Program-made: the position numbers and the translations under genes
Notes under the pieces: generated by a model
Told to the model about the DNA's origin: nothing
Database searches by the model: none
Seen by the model: the letters and a program-made list of their open reading frames with translations, nothing else
Source: a virus
Lineage: Duplodnaviria > Caudoviricetes
Virus record (IMG/VR): IMGVR_UViG_3300020043_002162
Location: 1 to 34,880 of that record
Length of the DNA: 34,880 nucleotides
Direction: 5' to 3' (one strand)
Shown: one piece after another, positions 8,761 through 18,934 of the stretch
Layout: each line of letters opens with the position of its first letter
Numbering within the stretch: the stretch's first letter is position 1

Positions 8761-9576
8761 ATGGCAACGATACCTAGTGGAACTAGATTTATAGGAATAG
8801 CAACATCAGTAGATTTAATAGAAAGAAAGTCTGCGGTACTTAACAAACAGACTGAACCTTTTACAGTTGAAGATATTGCTTCATTTGTAGGTGTTGGATC
8901 ACAAGGACCTCAGGGTGTTCAAGGACCTGCTGGACCATTAGGACCTGTTGGACCTGCTGGATTAAACTGGCAAGGATCGTGGGTTTCAGGAACTTCTTAT
9001 GTAGCAGATGATGCTGTAGGATATAATGGAGCTTCTTGGTTTTGCATACTTGCAACATCAGGTACAACTACTCCTAATTTAGATACAACTCACTGGGCTT
9101 TATTGGCATCTCAAGGTGCACAAGGTATTCAAGGAGTACAAGGACCAACTGGACCTCAAGGACCTGCTGGAACTTCTGGAGATGGAATTGCTAAGGTATT
9201 AAAAACTACTATTACTAGTGCTCAGGTATTGCAGTTGTTTACAACTCCAATAACTATATTAAATAGTAACAATCCATTAACAGTTGCATATCCAACAAAT
9301 ATTTATATAAAAAGATTAACTGGAAATGGATATACATTAGCAGCTACTACACTAGCAGTTGTAAATGATTTTGGAACAACATTGACATCAAATATAAATG
9401 CAAACCCATTAACTGGATCACAAGCAGGATATACTCAATCTGTTATATCATTAAGTCAAAACCTTTCTGGTGGAGATAAAAATACATTATATAAATTAAA
9501 GGCTAACGTTGGAAATCCAACACTTGGTACTGGAGATTTAGAGGTATACGTTACGTATATAGAGATTACTCTATAA
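8761..9576 (+). CDS. Collagen-like fibre/decoration protein with a small Trp-rich putative carbohydrate-binding module
   Basis: Two Gly-X-Y tracts (GSQGPQGVQGPAGPLGPVGPAG; QGAQGIQGVQGPTGPQGPAG) flank WQGSWVSGTSYVADDAVGYNGASWFC...PNLDTTHW, a CBM5/12-like pattern. The C-terminal domain is beta-rich. Confidence 0.75.
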   Translation: MATIPSGTRFIGIATSVDLIERKSAVLNKQTEPFTVEDIASFVGVGSQGPQGVQGPAGPLGPVGPAGLNWQGSWVSGTSYVADDAVGYNGASWFCILATSGTTTPNLDTTHWALLASQGAQGIQGVQGPTGPQGPAGTSGDGIAKVLKTTITSAQVLQLFTTPITILNSNNPLTVAYPTNIYIKRLTGNGYTLAATTLAVVNDFGTTLTSNINANPLTGSQAGYTQSVISLSQNLSGGDKNTLYKLKANVGNPTLGTGDLEVYVTYIEITL

Positions 9577-9601
9577 AAATTAAATAAATAAATCAAATCA
9601 A

Positions 9602-10687
9602 ATGGAAAATTTTACAGTAAAAGAAGTAGGTGCTGTAGAGCAAAAGTCTGTTCAAGAAATTGAGCAAACGCTCTTAGACCAACACGAAGAGAGTCAACAT
9701 CAAGAGGTAGTAGTACCAGAGGTTGCTCAAGAAGAAGAAAAAGTAGTAGTTACTCCAGAGTATGGAGATTCAGACGTTCTTTCATATATTAAGAATAGAT
9801 ACAATAAGGATGTTAACTCTATTGACGAGTTACTTCAAAAAAGAGAGGATGCAGAAGAATTGCCTGGCGATGTATCTGCATACTTTAAATATAAAAAAGA
9901 AACTGGAAGAGGTATCGAAGATTTTGCTAAGTTAAGCAGAAACTATGACGACCTTAGTCCAGAACAATTATTAGCAGAGTATTACTCTCAAACAGAAGAA
10001 GATTTAGACCAAGATGATATCGCGTATATGATTGAGGATAAGTTTGCTTATGATGAGGACCTTGATGAGCCTAAGGACATTAAGAAGAAGGAGATTGCTA
10101 AGAAAAAAGAACTTGCTAAGGCAAAGAAATTTTTTGAAGATTCAAAAGAAGCATATAAAATACCTATCGAGTCGAGAGGTGGTTTAGTTTCAGATGATGA
10201 AAAAGAAAGTTACAATGCTTACAAGAAATATGTTCAAGAATCACAGACCTATCAGCAAGAGAGTTCTAGAAAATCTGAATATTTTCAGCAAAAAACAGAA
10301 GAAATTTTTTCCAATGAGTTCAAAGGTTTTGAGTTCAATGTTGGAGACAAGAGTATAACGTTTTTACCTGGAGATGCATCAGAACTAAAGAAAGCTCAGT
10401 CAGATGTTACAAACTTCATATCTAGACATCTAGATGAGAATGGACTAATATCAGATGCTAAGGGTTATCATCGTTCATTAGCAGCAGCTATGAATCCTGA
10501 GAAAATGGCCAAGTTCTTTTATGAGCAGGGTAAGACTGATGCGCTATTAGATAGCACAAGAAAAATAAAAAATATAGATATGGAGACACGAAGTGTACCA
10601 CAATCTAGCAGTCAATCAGGTTTTAAAGTTACAGCTTCGGATAGTGATAGTGGTAGAGGACTAAAAATTAGAAGTTATAAACAATAA
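9602..10687 (+). CDS. Capsid scaffolding/assembly protein
   Basis: Very acidic, helical 361-aa protein immediately upstream of the major capsid gene. Confidence 0.7.
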   Translation: MENFTVKEVGAVEQKSVQEIEQTLLDQHEESQHQEVVVPEVAQEEEKVVVTPEYGDSDVLSYIKNRYNKDVNSIDELLQKREDAEELPGDVSAYFKYKKETGRGIEDFAKLSRNYDDLSPEQLLAEYYSQTEEDLDQDDIAYMIEDKFAYDEDLDEPKDIKKKEIAKKKELAKAKKFFEDSKEAYKIPIESRGGLVSDDEKESYNAYKKYVQESQTYQQESSRKSEYFQQKTEEIFSNEFKGFEFNVGDKSITFLPGDASELKKAQSDVTNFISRHLDENGLISDAKGYHRSLAAAMNPEKMAKFFYEQGKTDALLDSTRKIKNIDMETRSVPQSSSQSGFKVTASDSDSGRGLKIRSYKQ

Positions 10688-10698
10688 AAACAAAGACT

Positions 10699-12093
10699 AT
10701 GTCAGTAATGCCAACTCCTGGGTTTTCATTAACCCCATCGGCTGAAAGAAAAACTCTTTCTACCAATTACATCACCGATTTCAACTTCTTGAATCAGTAT
10801 CTTCCTGATACTTACGAGAAAGAATTTGAAAGATACGGAAATCGCTCAGTTGCATCTTTCTTAAGAGCAGTTGGAGCTGAAATGCCATCTAACTCTGACC
10901 TTATCAAATGGGCAGAACAAGGGCGTTTACACACTAAATATGTTGACTGTACGTCTGCTGATGCAGTAAATAGCGATACAGCTACTATTACAGTGAATGA
11001 TACTATCTCTGGTGGTATTGCATTTAGAAAAGGACAGACAGTTTTCTTGTCTGATAATAGCGTTGCTGCTAATTCAAACAAAGCAATCATTACAGACGTA
11101 GATTATACTGCTGGTACTTTTGATGTTGCTTACTACGAAGGGACAGGACAATCTTTTCCATTAGGATCTGATGTTACTGCATTCGTTTATGGTTCTGAAT
11201 TCAAAAAAGGAACTGAAGGAATGGAAGAGTCTCTTGAGTCAGTTGATGACATCTTCGAGAACAGTCCAATCATCATCAAAGATAAATATGCAGTATCTGG
11301 TTCAGATATGGCACAAATCGGATGGGTTGAAGTAACTACTGAAAACGGAGCTACTGGATACTTATGGTACATTAAATCAGAGCACGAAACTCGTTTGCGT
11401 TTTGATGACTACTTAGAGATGAGTATGATTGAAGCAGTTCCTGCTGAAGCTGGTTCTGGAGCTGTTGCAAATACAGTTTACGGAAACAAAGGTTCTGAAG
11501 GTTTATTCTATTCTATCAATGATAGAGGAAATGTTTGGGGTGGTGGAAATCCAACTGCTTTATCTGATTTCGATGCTATCATCCAACGTTTGGACAAACA
11601 AGGAGCTATCGAAGAGAATGTATTGTTCTTGAACCGTCAGTTCTCTTTTGATGTTGACGATATGTTAGGAGCACAATCTTCTAATGCCGCTGGTGGAGTT
11701 TCTTACGGTTTGTTTGACAACGATAGAGAGATGTCATTGAACTTAGGTTTCACAGGTTTCCGTAGAGGTTACGATTTCTACAAAACTGACTGGAAATACT
11801 TAAACGATGCTACATTAAGAGGTGGTATTGTAGGTGGATCTGTTAATGGTGTATTAGTTCCTGCTGGTTCTACTACAGTTTACGACCAAGTTCTTGGTAA
11901 AAACGCTAAACGTCCATTCTTACACGTACGTTACAGAGCTTCTGAAACTGAAGACAGACGTTACAAAACTTGGATCACTGGTTCTGCTGGTGGAGCTTCT
12001 ACTTCTAGCTTAGATGCTATGGAAGTTCACTTCTTATCTGAAAGAGCTTTATGTACTTTAGGTGCAAATAACTTCTTCATTTTTGAAGCATAA
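10699..12093 (+). CDS. Major capsid protein (464 aa)
   Basis: Position after portal and scaffold, size, codon choice suggesting high expression (ttc, aac, cgt, ggt) and a strong terminator directly downstream. Confidence 0.88.
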   Translation: MSVMPTPGFSLTPSAERKTLSTNYITDFNFLNQYLPDTYEKEFERYGNRSVASFLRAVGAEMPSNSDLIKWAEQGRLHTKYVDCTSADAVNSDTATITVNDTISGGIAFRKGQTVFLSDNSVAANSNKAIITDVDYTAGTFDVAYYEGTGQSFPLGSDVTAFVYGSEFKKGTEGMEESLESVDDIFENSPIIIKDKYAVSGSDMAQIGWVEVTTENGATGYLWYIKSEHETRLRFDDYLEMSMIEAVPAEAGSGAVANTVYGNKGSEGLFYSINDRGNVWGGGNPTALSDFDAIIQRLDKQGAIEENVLFLNRQFSFDVDDMLGAQSSNAAGGVSYGLFDNDREMSLNLGFTGFRRGYDFYKTDWKYLNDATLRGGIVGGSVNGVLVPAGSTTVYDQVLGKNAKRPFLHVRYRASETEDRRYKTWITGSAGGASTSSLDAMEVHFLSERALCTLGANNFFIFEA

Positions 12094-12106
12094 CCAATAA
12101 ATATCT

Positions 12107-12142
12107 TAACAGAGGGACATCTGTGTCCCTCTGTTATTTTTT
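12107..12142 (+). terminator. Rho-independent terminator after the capsid gene
   Basis: Perfect 13-bp stem taacagagggaca / tgtccctctgtta with a 4-nt loop (tctg), then a T6 tract. Confidence 0.92.
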
Positions 12143-12163
12143 AAATAATTTAAATCTTATCAA

Positions 12164-12904
12164 ATGAAAAATCAAGCAGTTTTAACGGATAAAGTATATA
12201 TCCTAAAGAAAAAGAATACGCCACTTACTTATATGTTGGCATCAAGAAATACCCACAGAGCAGCACTATTGCACTTTGATGGAACTTCACAAAGAGCATT
12301 AAGATACGCAAGAAACCAAAAGAGCCCATTCGAAGATGAGCAGGATGGAAATGCTATCTTAGAACCTATTATCTTTGTGGATGGAGCACTGAGTGTTCCA
12401 AAAAATAATCCAGTATTACAGTACTTTTTAGATATACATCCTGCAAAGGGTTCTATATTTGAAGAAGTTAATACAGAGAAGGATGCAACATCTGATGTTG
12501 ATAGATTAACAAGCGAATTAGATGCACAGATTGCAGCAAGAGACTTAAGTATTGAGTTACTTGAAGCAGTAGCTCGTGTATTGCTTGGTTCTAAAATTGA
12601 AAAAATGTCAACAGCTGAATTGAAGCGTGATGTTCTTGTTTATTCAAGAAATAACCCAAGACAATTCTTAGAGATGTTGAATGATCCAATGCTACAACTT
12701 CAAAATACTTGTGCTAAATTCTTTGAGTATGATATATTGAGATTAAAAAATAAGGGAAGAGATATTTATTATAACTTACCTTCTAATAAAAAGAAACTAC
12801 TTACCGTTCCATTTGGAGAGGAAACAGTATATATCTTAGCGTCATACCTTCAGACTGATGAAGGAATCGAGGTCTTACGACTACTAGAGAATCACGTTAA
12901 GTAA
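12164..12904 (+). CDS. Conserved virion-module protein (246 aa), in the position of the crAss-like post-capsid gene
   Basis: Clean ORF between the capsid gene and the tail ring genes; assignment by synteny. Confidence 0.65.
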   Translation: MKNQAVLTDKVYILKKKNTPLTYMLASRNTHRAALLHFDGTSQRALRYARNQKSPFEDEQDGNAILEPIIFVDGALSVPKNNPVLQYFLDIHPAKGSIFEEVNTEKDATSDVDRLTSELDAQIAARDLSIELLEAVARVLLGSKIEKMSTAELKRDVLVYSRNNPRQFLEMLNDPMLQLQNTCAKFFEYDILRLKNKGRDIYYNLPSNKKKLLTVPFGEETVYILASYLQTDEGIEVLRLLENHVK

Positions 12905-12910
12905 ATTAAT

Positions 12911-12941
12911 AAGCACCCTAAAAAATAGGGTGTTTTTTTTT
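12911..12941 (+). terminator. Rho-independent terminator
   Basis: Stem gcacccta / tagggtgt with an A5 loop, followed by a long T tract. Confidence 0.88.
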
Positions 12942-12943
12942 AG

Positions 12944-12951
12944 TATCTTTG
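12944..12951 (+). promoter_or_regulatory. Bacteroidota-type -7 promoter box for the tail operon
   Basis: TATCTTTG followed by taaaaa, directly after the terminator and 15 nt before the ATG at 12967. Confidence 0.72.
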
Positions 12952-12966
12952 TAAAAAGTTTTATAA

Positions 12967-13665
12967 ATGATAAATTCGGTTAGAAACACTGTATTGTCGG
13001 TAGCTAATAAGAATAACTTTGGGTATATTACACCTGATGATTTTAACTTATACGCCAAACAAGCACAGTTAGATATATTTGAGAATTATTTCTACCAATA
13101 TAACAATTGGATAGTTAAGCAAAATGCAAGAATGTCTGGTACTGGATACTCGGATATTGTAAAACACTTAGAGGAGACTATCGATAGTTTTTCAACTACA
13201 ACTACCTTGGTTTACGATGTTCCATCTGGAACCTTTGAATTACCGTCTGACTATTATTACCTAAACTCAATTAGATATAATAACTCTAAAGAGATTGACA
13301 GGGTTACTCAAGATAAATTACTTTATCTATTGACTTCTAATCTTACAAGTCCATCGACTATGTTTCCTGTTTATTCAATGGAATCAGCGTCTTTAACGGT
13401 ATATCCTGATACTATTGACTCATTAGTTAAGGCTCAGTATATTCGTATGCCTAAGGATCCGAAATGGACATATACTACTATTGTAGGAGGAACTCCTTTA
13501 TTTAACCAATCAGATATTCTTTATCAAGACTTTGAGATACCAGCGTCTGATGAGATATCTTTAGTTTCTAAAATATTACAATACGCAGGAATATCTATCA
13601 GAGAGGCCGATGTATACGCATTTGGAACCTCTCAAGAAGCTGCTAATAAACAAATAGAAGGATAA
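12967..13665 (+). CDS. Head-tail adaptor / tail tubular (ring) protein
   Basis: NK.N.GYITP.DFNL.A.QAQ N-terminus, FELPSDYYY and YIRMPKDPKW patterns resemble crAss-like/podoviral ring proteins; synteny agrees. Confidence 0.7.
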   Translation: MINSVRNTVLSVANKNNFGYITPDDFNLYAKQAQLDIFENYFYQYNNWIVKQNARMSGTGYSDIVKHLEETIDSFSTTTTLVYDVPSGTFELPSDYYYLNSIRYNNSKEIDRVTQDKLLYLLTSNLTSPSTMFPVYSMESASLTVYPDTIDSLVKAQYIRMPKDPKWTYTTIVGGTPLFNQSDILYQDFEIPASDEISLVSKILQYAGISIREADVYAFGTSQEAANKQIEG

Positions 13666-13666
13666 T

Positions 13667-14584
13667 ATGGCGTACTTAAACGGTTACCAATACTATGAGA
13701 ACTCAGGTAATAATCCTGAAAATGAAAACTGGGGTTCTTACCAATATATATCATTATCTGACCTAGTAAATAACTTTATGTTAATGTATGTTGGTAATGA
13801 TAAACTAATAAATAATATTAGTAAATATAATATTCTATTTCATGCAAAACGTGGTATTCAAGAAATAAACTACGATGCCTTAAAGGAAATCAAGGTATTA
13901 GAGATAAGTGTATGTGATGATTTAAAATTTGTTCTGCCAAACAACTATGTTAACTATGTTAGAATATCATTATTCAAAAACGGAATACTTAGACCTCTTT
14001 CTGAAAACATACAGGTTAACCATAGCAATAGTTACTTACAAGATAATAACTGTCGTGTATTATTTGACCAAAATGGTGATGTATTGGAAGGAACGTCTAT
14101 ACTGGACCATGACAGAATTAATGATACTTTAAGAACTATTTATTTAGGAGAGGGTAAGTTCTCAGGTAGAGAAGGATATAATATCGATGGAAGATGGTAC
14201 TTTGACTACAATGTTGGTTCAAGATATGGATTAAATACTGAAACAGCAAACTCAAACCCTACCTATAGAATAGACAAGCAATCAGGAGTAATTAACTTTA
14301 GTTCTGGAATGGCTGGAGAGCTATGTATCTTAGAGTATATATCTGATGGCATGGAAGGTGGAGATGATTCTGAAGTTCAAGTAAATAAACTTGCTGAGGA
14401 GTTTATGTATGCGTATATGAAGTATGCTATATTAAACAACAAACAGGGAGTTCAAGAATATGTCGTACAACGCGCTAAGAAGGACAAAACAGCCCTTTTA
14501 AGGAATGCAAAAATAAGATTGAGTAATATGCATCCAGGGAGATTATTGATGAACCTGAGAGGCAAAGACAAATGGATAAAATAG
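13667..14584 (+). CDS. Tail ring / structural protein (305 aa)
   Basis: VLPNNYVNYVRIS and ILEYISDG motifs; lies between the adaptor and muzzle genes. Confidence 0.68.
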   Translation: MAYLNGYQYYENSGNNPENENWGSYQYISLSDLVNNFMLMYVGNDKLINNISKYNILFHAKRGIQEINYDALKEIKVLEISVCDDLKFVLPNNYVNYVRISLFKNGILRPLSENIQVNHSNSYLQDNNCRVLFDQNGDVLEGTSILDHDRINDTLRTIYLGEGKFSGREGYNIDGRWYFDYNVGSRYGLNTETANSNPTYRIDKQSGVINFSSGMAGELCILEYISDGMEGGDDSEVQVNKLAEEFMYAYMKYAILNNKQGVQEYVVQRAKKDKTALLRNAKIRLSNMHPGRLLMNLRGKDKWIK

Positions 14585-14585
14585 T

Positions 14586-17500
14586 ATGGCAAACGTTGAG
14601 GTAAATTTCTTAGCTGGTAAAATGAATAAAGATTTTGACGAGAGGGTTGTTCCTCCTGGTCAATATATTGATGCATTAAATGTTAGGATTGGATCAACTG
14701 AATTGGATAGTGTTGGTGCTTTAGAAAATTCAAAGGGTAATACTCAACTTACAGATATACAGTTTCAAGGGAACGGACTTGGCAAATTTGCAAGATGTAT
14801 TGGATCGTATGAGGATGGTTCTAACGAAACATTGTACTGGTTTATATGTGATCCAGGGAGTGTAGATATGATTCTATCTTACAATACTAATAATAATGTA
14901 ATAACATATCACGTGGTATCTACAACTGTATTAAACTTCAGTTTAGATTACCTTATAAATGGCATAAATAAGATTGATGACTTATTATTTTGGACCGATA
15001 ATTTAAATCCTCCAAGAAAAATAAATGTAACAAGGAGTTATGCTCAACCTATATACGCTGTTGACCAAATAACTGAAGATGATATTTCTGTTATTGTAGC
15101 ACCTCCGTTAGAGGCTCCTTCGTTACAGCTTTATAATCAAGCTGGCGAAGAGAATTATATTACTGAAAGATTTATATCGTTTGCATACCGTTATAAGTAT
15201 AAAGACAACGAGTATAGCGCATTATCTCAATTTAGTGAGATAGCATTTGAGCCAAGTAATTTTGAGCTAGATTACTCTACGTATACAAACAAATCAATGC
15301 AGAATATATTTAATTCTGTAAATGTATCTTTTAATACTGGAGATAATCACGTAATTGGAATTGACTTATGCTTTAAATTATCTGATTCAAATATTATCAA
15401 TGTAATTGAGAGATATAGAAAATCAGAACAAGGATGGTTTGACAATGAGGTTAAAACTATATCCTTTAATAATAGAAAGATATATACAACCCTTACAGAG
15501 AGTGAGTTACTGAGACTTTATGATAATGTTCCTAGAACAGCCAAGTCTCAAACTACAATGGGTAATAGGTTGGTATATGGAAATTATATTGATGGGTATA
15601 ATATTGAAGATCCATTAGACTATACATTAGATTTAATAACTGAGAATATAAACTTCTTAGAAGTTCCTTATGAAATAACTGATGGACCTACATATACTAT
15701 TGATTCTACTGAATCTGTTATATCAAACAACTCTACAGTAACAATTGATTTAGATGGAGTAGAGCTAGTTGAAGGATCGTTATTTTCTATGGGATTTAGT
15801 TTACTACATGAGTCGTTTTCTGGATATGCTGACTATGATAATCCACCAGATGAACCTGCTCCGTATAATGAGTTTCAACAAGACTTTTTATTCTCTCTAC
15901 GTAGAAACTATTCAAGTGTTTATGATTTAGCTACAAGTCCTGAATTTGTAGATGCTATATATACTCATGTACCATTTGGAGGTACAGGAACATCTCTTAC
16001 TGATATGTTCAATAACTCTATAGTTGCTAAAGGTGCGTTTCCTCCTTTTGATTCTTGGGACGCTGTTGGCAGTGGAATTGTTGGTGTAGATGGAGGATTT
16101 ACAATTACAGCAACTCCTTCTGGAACCACGATAACTATTCAGGTTCCAGCAGTAAAATTTACAACAGAAGATCCAGCTAATCCTGGAACCTATCTTTATG
16201 CTTACGAATACTTTAATAACTCTACTTTTGGTGCTTCATTTACTAAAATAGGCGCCAGACAGAGTTTGCATAGTAATAGAGATTACGAGGTTGCTATTGT
16301 ATATATGGACGAATATAATAGAAGCTCTACTGCATTAGTAGACACCTTTAACACTGTATTTATACCAGCATCTGCATCTGAAACAAAAAATCATATTAAA
16401 GCTACAGTTAATAACTTAGCTCCAGACTGGGCCACAAGATATAAGTTTGTAGTAAAACCATCAAAATCTAACTATCAAGTAGTTTATTCTAATCAATTTT
16501 ATGTAGAAGATACTGGTTTAACTTGGTTTAAATTAGAAGGAGATAATAGAAGTAAGGTTCAAGAAAACTCTACATTAATTGTAAAGAGAGATACTGACGG
16601 TGTGATAGATACCTTAGTGAAAACCAAGGTATTAGAACTTAAATCACAACCTTCTGACTTTATTGAAGGGAATAAAAATGAATCTGATAAACTTATTTTA
16701 GAGCCAGCTGGATTATATATGGCCTTGAAATGCACTAATTTTAATGCTGAATATAAGCCAAATAGCTATATTGACTATGGATTAAAGAAAACAGGTACAA
16801 CTACTCTATATCCTTGCAGCATTGATAATCCTGATTATGTAGTTACAGATCCTCCAACTCCAGGACCATTAAACCAACCTTACATTCCTTATGACATACC
16901 TGCTGGAAGTAGAGTTTTTATATCTATAGATATCAATAGAAAAGGAAGTGGAAGTTCTTGTGGTTCGAGTCATTACGTATTTGAAAAAACATTTACATCG
17001 TCTCAAGACTATAATAGCTTATATGATTTTGTTCAAGGGGATAGTATTGATTTTGGTTCTGGAACATATACTGGTGGAGAAGATCCTAATCAAAACGATC
17101 AAAACCATACGTTAGAAGAATATTTTAATTGTACCGATGGATCTATTTTTGGATACACTTGTCACTTACCATTTATTCAAAACCACAATCAATACGAGTT
17201 TCAACTTGATCCTAATACTGGTGAAATGTGGTTAGTTGTAACATCTGGTACTCCAACATGTTATTCTGGAAGTACATCAAGAGTTGCTATGCATATTACA
17301 GTTCAAAGAGCTACTTCGTTAATGGTATTTGAAACAGAAGCTGAAGATGCTGATGGAGAAATTTACTATGAAGGCAGTGAAAACTTTACTATTATAGATA
17401 GATTTCATACTGGTAATATTCAAAATCAATCATCTTTAGTTCCAGCTATAGTTGACTTAAACTTCTTTAATTGCTTTACATTTGGTAATGGAGTTGAGAG

Positions 17501-18923
17501 TTATAAGATAAACGACTCATTGATAGGCGCTCCTTTCTATTTAGGAAGTAGAGTTACAGCTGTATCTCAAGAAGAATTTAAGGAAGCTGATAGGTATGCT
17601 GGATTAACTTATAGTGGTATATACAATGCTGAAACAAATATAAATAAGCTCAATGAGTTTAATCTTGCTCTTTCTAATTGGAAGGATTGTGAGAAATCAT
17701 TTGGCCCTATAAATAAACTATTTGCTCGTAAGACCGATATACTTGTTCTACAAGAGGATAAGATATCTTATGTATTGGCAGGTAAAAACTTACTTTCTGA
17801 TGCTGCCGCTGGAGGAGCTATTACTTCTATACCAGAGGTACTAGGCACTCAGATAGCAAGGATAGAGGATTATGGTATTAGTAATAATCCTGAGAGTTTT
17901 GCAGTTCGTGGTAGTGAGATATTCTTTACCGATGCTAAGCGTTCATCTGTGCTAAATTTAAAGGGAGGATCTGCATCATCTGAACAATTGGACGTTATTT
18001 CTAATTATGGTATGAAGAACTGGTTTAGAGATAAATTTAAGACTACATTTAACAATCAAAAGATCGGTGGTTTTGATCCGTATATGAATGAATATGTTCT
18101 ATCTGCTAATGATGAGTCATTGCCAGTTGCTCCAGATGTTTACGAGTGTAATACCACTATATCTAGACAGCTTGTATTTGACACATATACTTATGACGTA
18201 GAGGTTGGAACATCTTTAGGAGATGTATCTATTTATTACGATGTTGCGGAAGGATCTGCAAATATATTTGTAACATACAATTCTGTTGAAGTTGTAAATG
18301 AGGAAATTACAGGCACTGGAGTCTATGTATTTTATAAGGATTTAATAAATCCTACTAGAGTAACAGTAACCATAGAGTGTCTTGAAGAGACGTCATACAC
18401 AATAACAACTAAGTGTCCCTTTATAGACGAACTTTCATTGGTTAGAATAGTATACAACTCTTCATCTGTAGAGAATCAGACTATTCATAATAACTTTAAC
18501 TGGTCATTAGATGATATTAACAGCGTCTATAATGTAGATAGTATTTTATTTGAGCCTGATGGAGTATCTTTTTATGATATAATGACTGGACAACCATCTG
18601 TTGGAGTTATTCCAGTAAATGGAAGTACTGTTAAAATTCAGTCTAATAAATTATATTCTGATGACTTTATATTTAATCCATCAATACATAAATTTAAATA
18701 TTTAGTGTCTGATACCCTTTATACTGAATTTGATCAAGCTATAATAGATCCATTACTAACTACCTGCACTCCATTATTGAATCCTGCATCTGGATTATAT
18801 GAATCTTCATTTTTATATGAAAACCTTACTGGATATCAATATTTATACTTAGTATGGGATTATAGAGAGCCAGATTACTCATCATTGGATTATGATCCAG
18901 TAGATTATTCAACAACAATTTAA
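14586..18923 (+). CDS. Tail stabilisation / muzzle protein, main part (1445 aa)
   Basis: GKMNKDFDER...GQYIDALNVR N-terminus, LFWTDNLNPPRKIN, FAYRYKYKDNEYS, GNRLVYGNYIDG, YGISNNPESFA and GGFDPYMNEYV are typical of crAss-like/podoviral stabilisation (beta-propeller nozzle) proteins. Confidence 0.78.
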   Translation: MANVEVNFLAGKMNKDFDERVVPPGQYIDALNVRIGSTELDSVGALENSKGNTQLTDIQFQGNGLGKFARCIGSYEDGSNETLYWFICDPGSVDMILSYNTNNNVITYHVVSTTVLNFSLDYLINGINKIDDLLFWTDNLNPPRKINVTRSYAQPIYAVDQITEDDISVIVAPPLEAPSLQLYNQAGEENYITERFISFAYRYKYKDNEYSALSQFSEIAFEPSNFELDYSTYTNKSMQNIFNSVNVSFNTGDNHVIGIDLCFKLSDSNIINVIERYRKSEQGWFDNEVKTISFNNRKIYTTLTESELLRLYDNVPRTAKSQTTMGNRLVYGNYIDGYNIEDPLDYTLDLITENINFLEVPYEITDGPTYTIDSTESVISNNSTVTIDLDGVELVEGSLFSMGFSLLHESFSGYADYDNPPDEPAPYNEFQQDFLFSLRRNYSSVYDLATSPEFVDAIYTHVPFGGTGTSLTDMFNNSIVAKGAFPPFDSWDAVGSGIVGVDGGFTITATPSGTTITIQVPAVKFTTEDPANPGTYLYAYEYFNNSTFGASFTKIGARQSLHSNRDYEVAIVYMDEYNRSSTALVDTFNTVFIPASASETKNHIKATVNNLAPDWATRYKFVVKPSKSNYQVVYSNQFYVEDTGLTWFKLEGDNRSKVQENSTLIVKRDTDGVIDTLVKTKVLELKSQPSDFIEGNKNESDKLILEPAGLYMALKCTNFNAEYKPNSYIDYGLKKTGTTTLYPCSIDNPDYVVTDPPTPGPLNQPYIPYDIPAGSRVFISIDINRKGSGSSCGSSHYVFEKTFTSSQDYNSLYDFVQGDSIDFGSGTYTGGEDPNQNDQNHTLEEYFNCTDGSIFGYTCHLPFIQNHNQYEFQLDPNTGEMWLVVTSGTPTCYSGSTSRVAMHITVQRATSLMVFETEAEDADGEIYYEGSENFTIIDRFHTGNIQNQSSLVPAIVDLNFFNCFTFGNGVESYKINDSLIGAPFYLGSRVTAVSQEEFKEADRYAGLTYSGIYNAETNINKLNEFNLALSNWKDCEKSFGPINKLFARKTDILVLQEDKISYVLAGKNLLSDAAAGGAITSIPEVLGTQIARIEDYGISNNPESFAVRGSEIFFTDAKRSSVLNLKGGSASSEQLDVISNYGMKNWFRDKFKTTFNNQKIGGFDPYMNEYVLSANDESLPVAPDVYECNTTISRQLVFDTYTYDVEVGTSLGDVSIYYDVAEGSANIFVTYNSVEVVNEEITGTGVYVFYKDLINPTRVTVTIECLEETSYTITTKCPFIDELSLVRIVYNSSSVENQTIHNNFNWSLDDINSVYNVDSILFEPDGVSFYDIMTGQPSVGVIPVNGSTVKIQSNKLYSDDFIFNPSIHKFKYLVSDTLYTEFDQAIIDPLLTTCTPLLNPASGLYESSFLYENLTGYQYLYLVWDYREPDYSSLDYDPVDYSTTI

Positions 18924-18934
18924 AATATATAAAA

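Noticed and set aside
4037-12093. Introns or inteins in terL, portal or capsid genes
   Set aside because: The ORFs are continuous and of expected size, with no intein splice or homing-endonuclease motifs seen.
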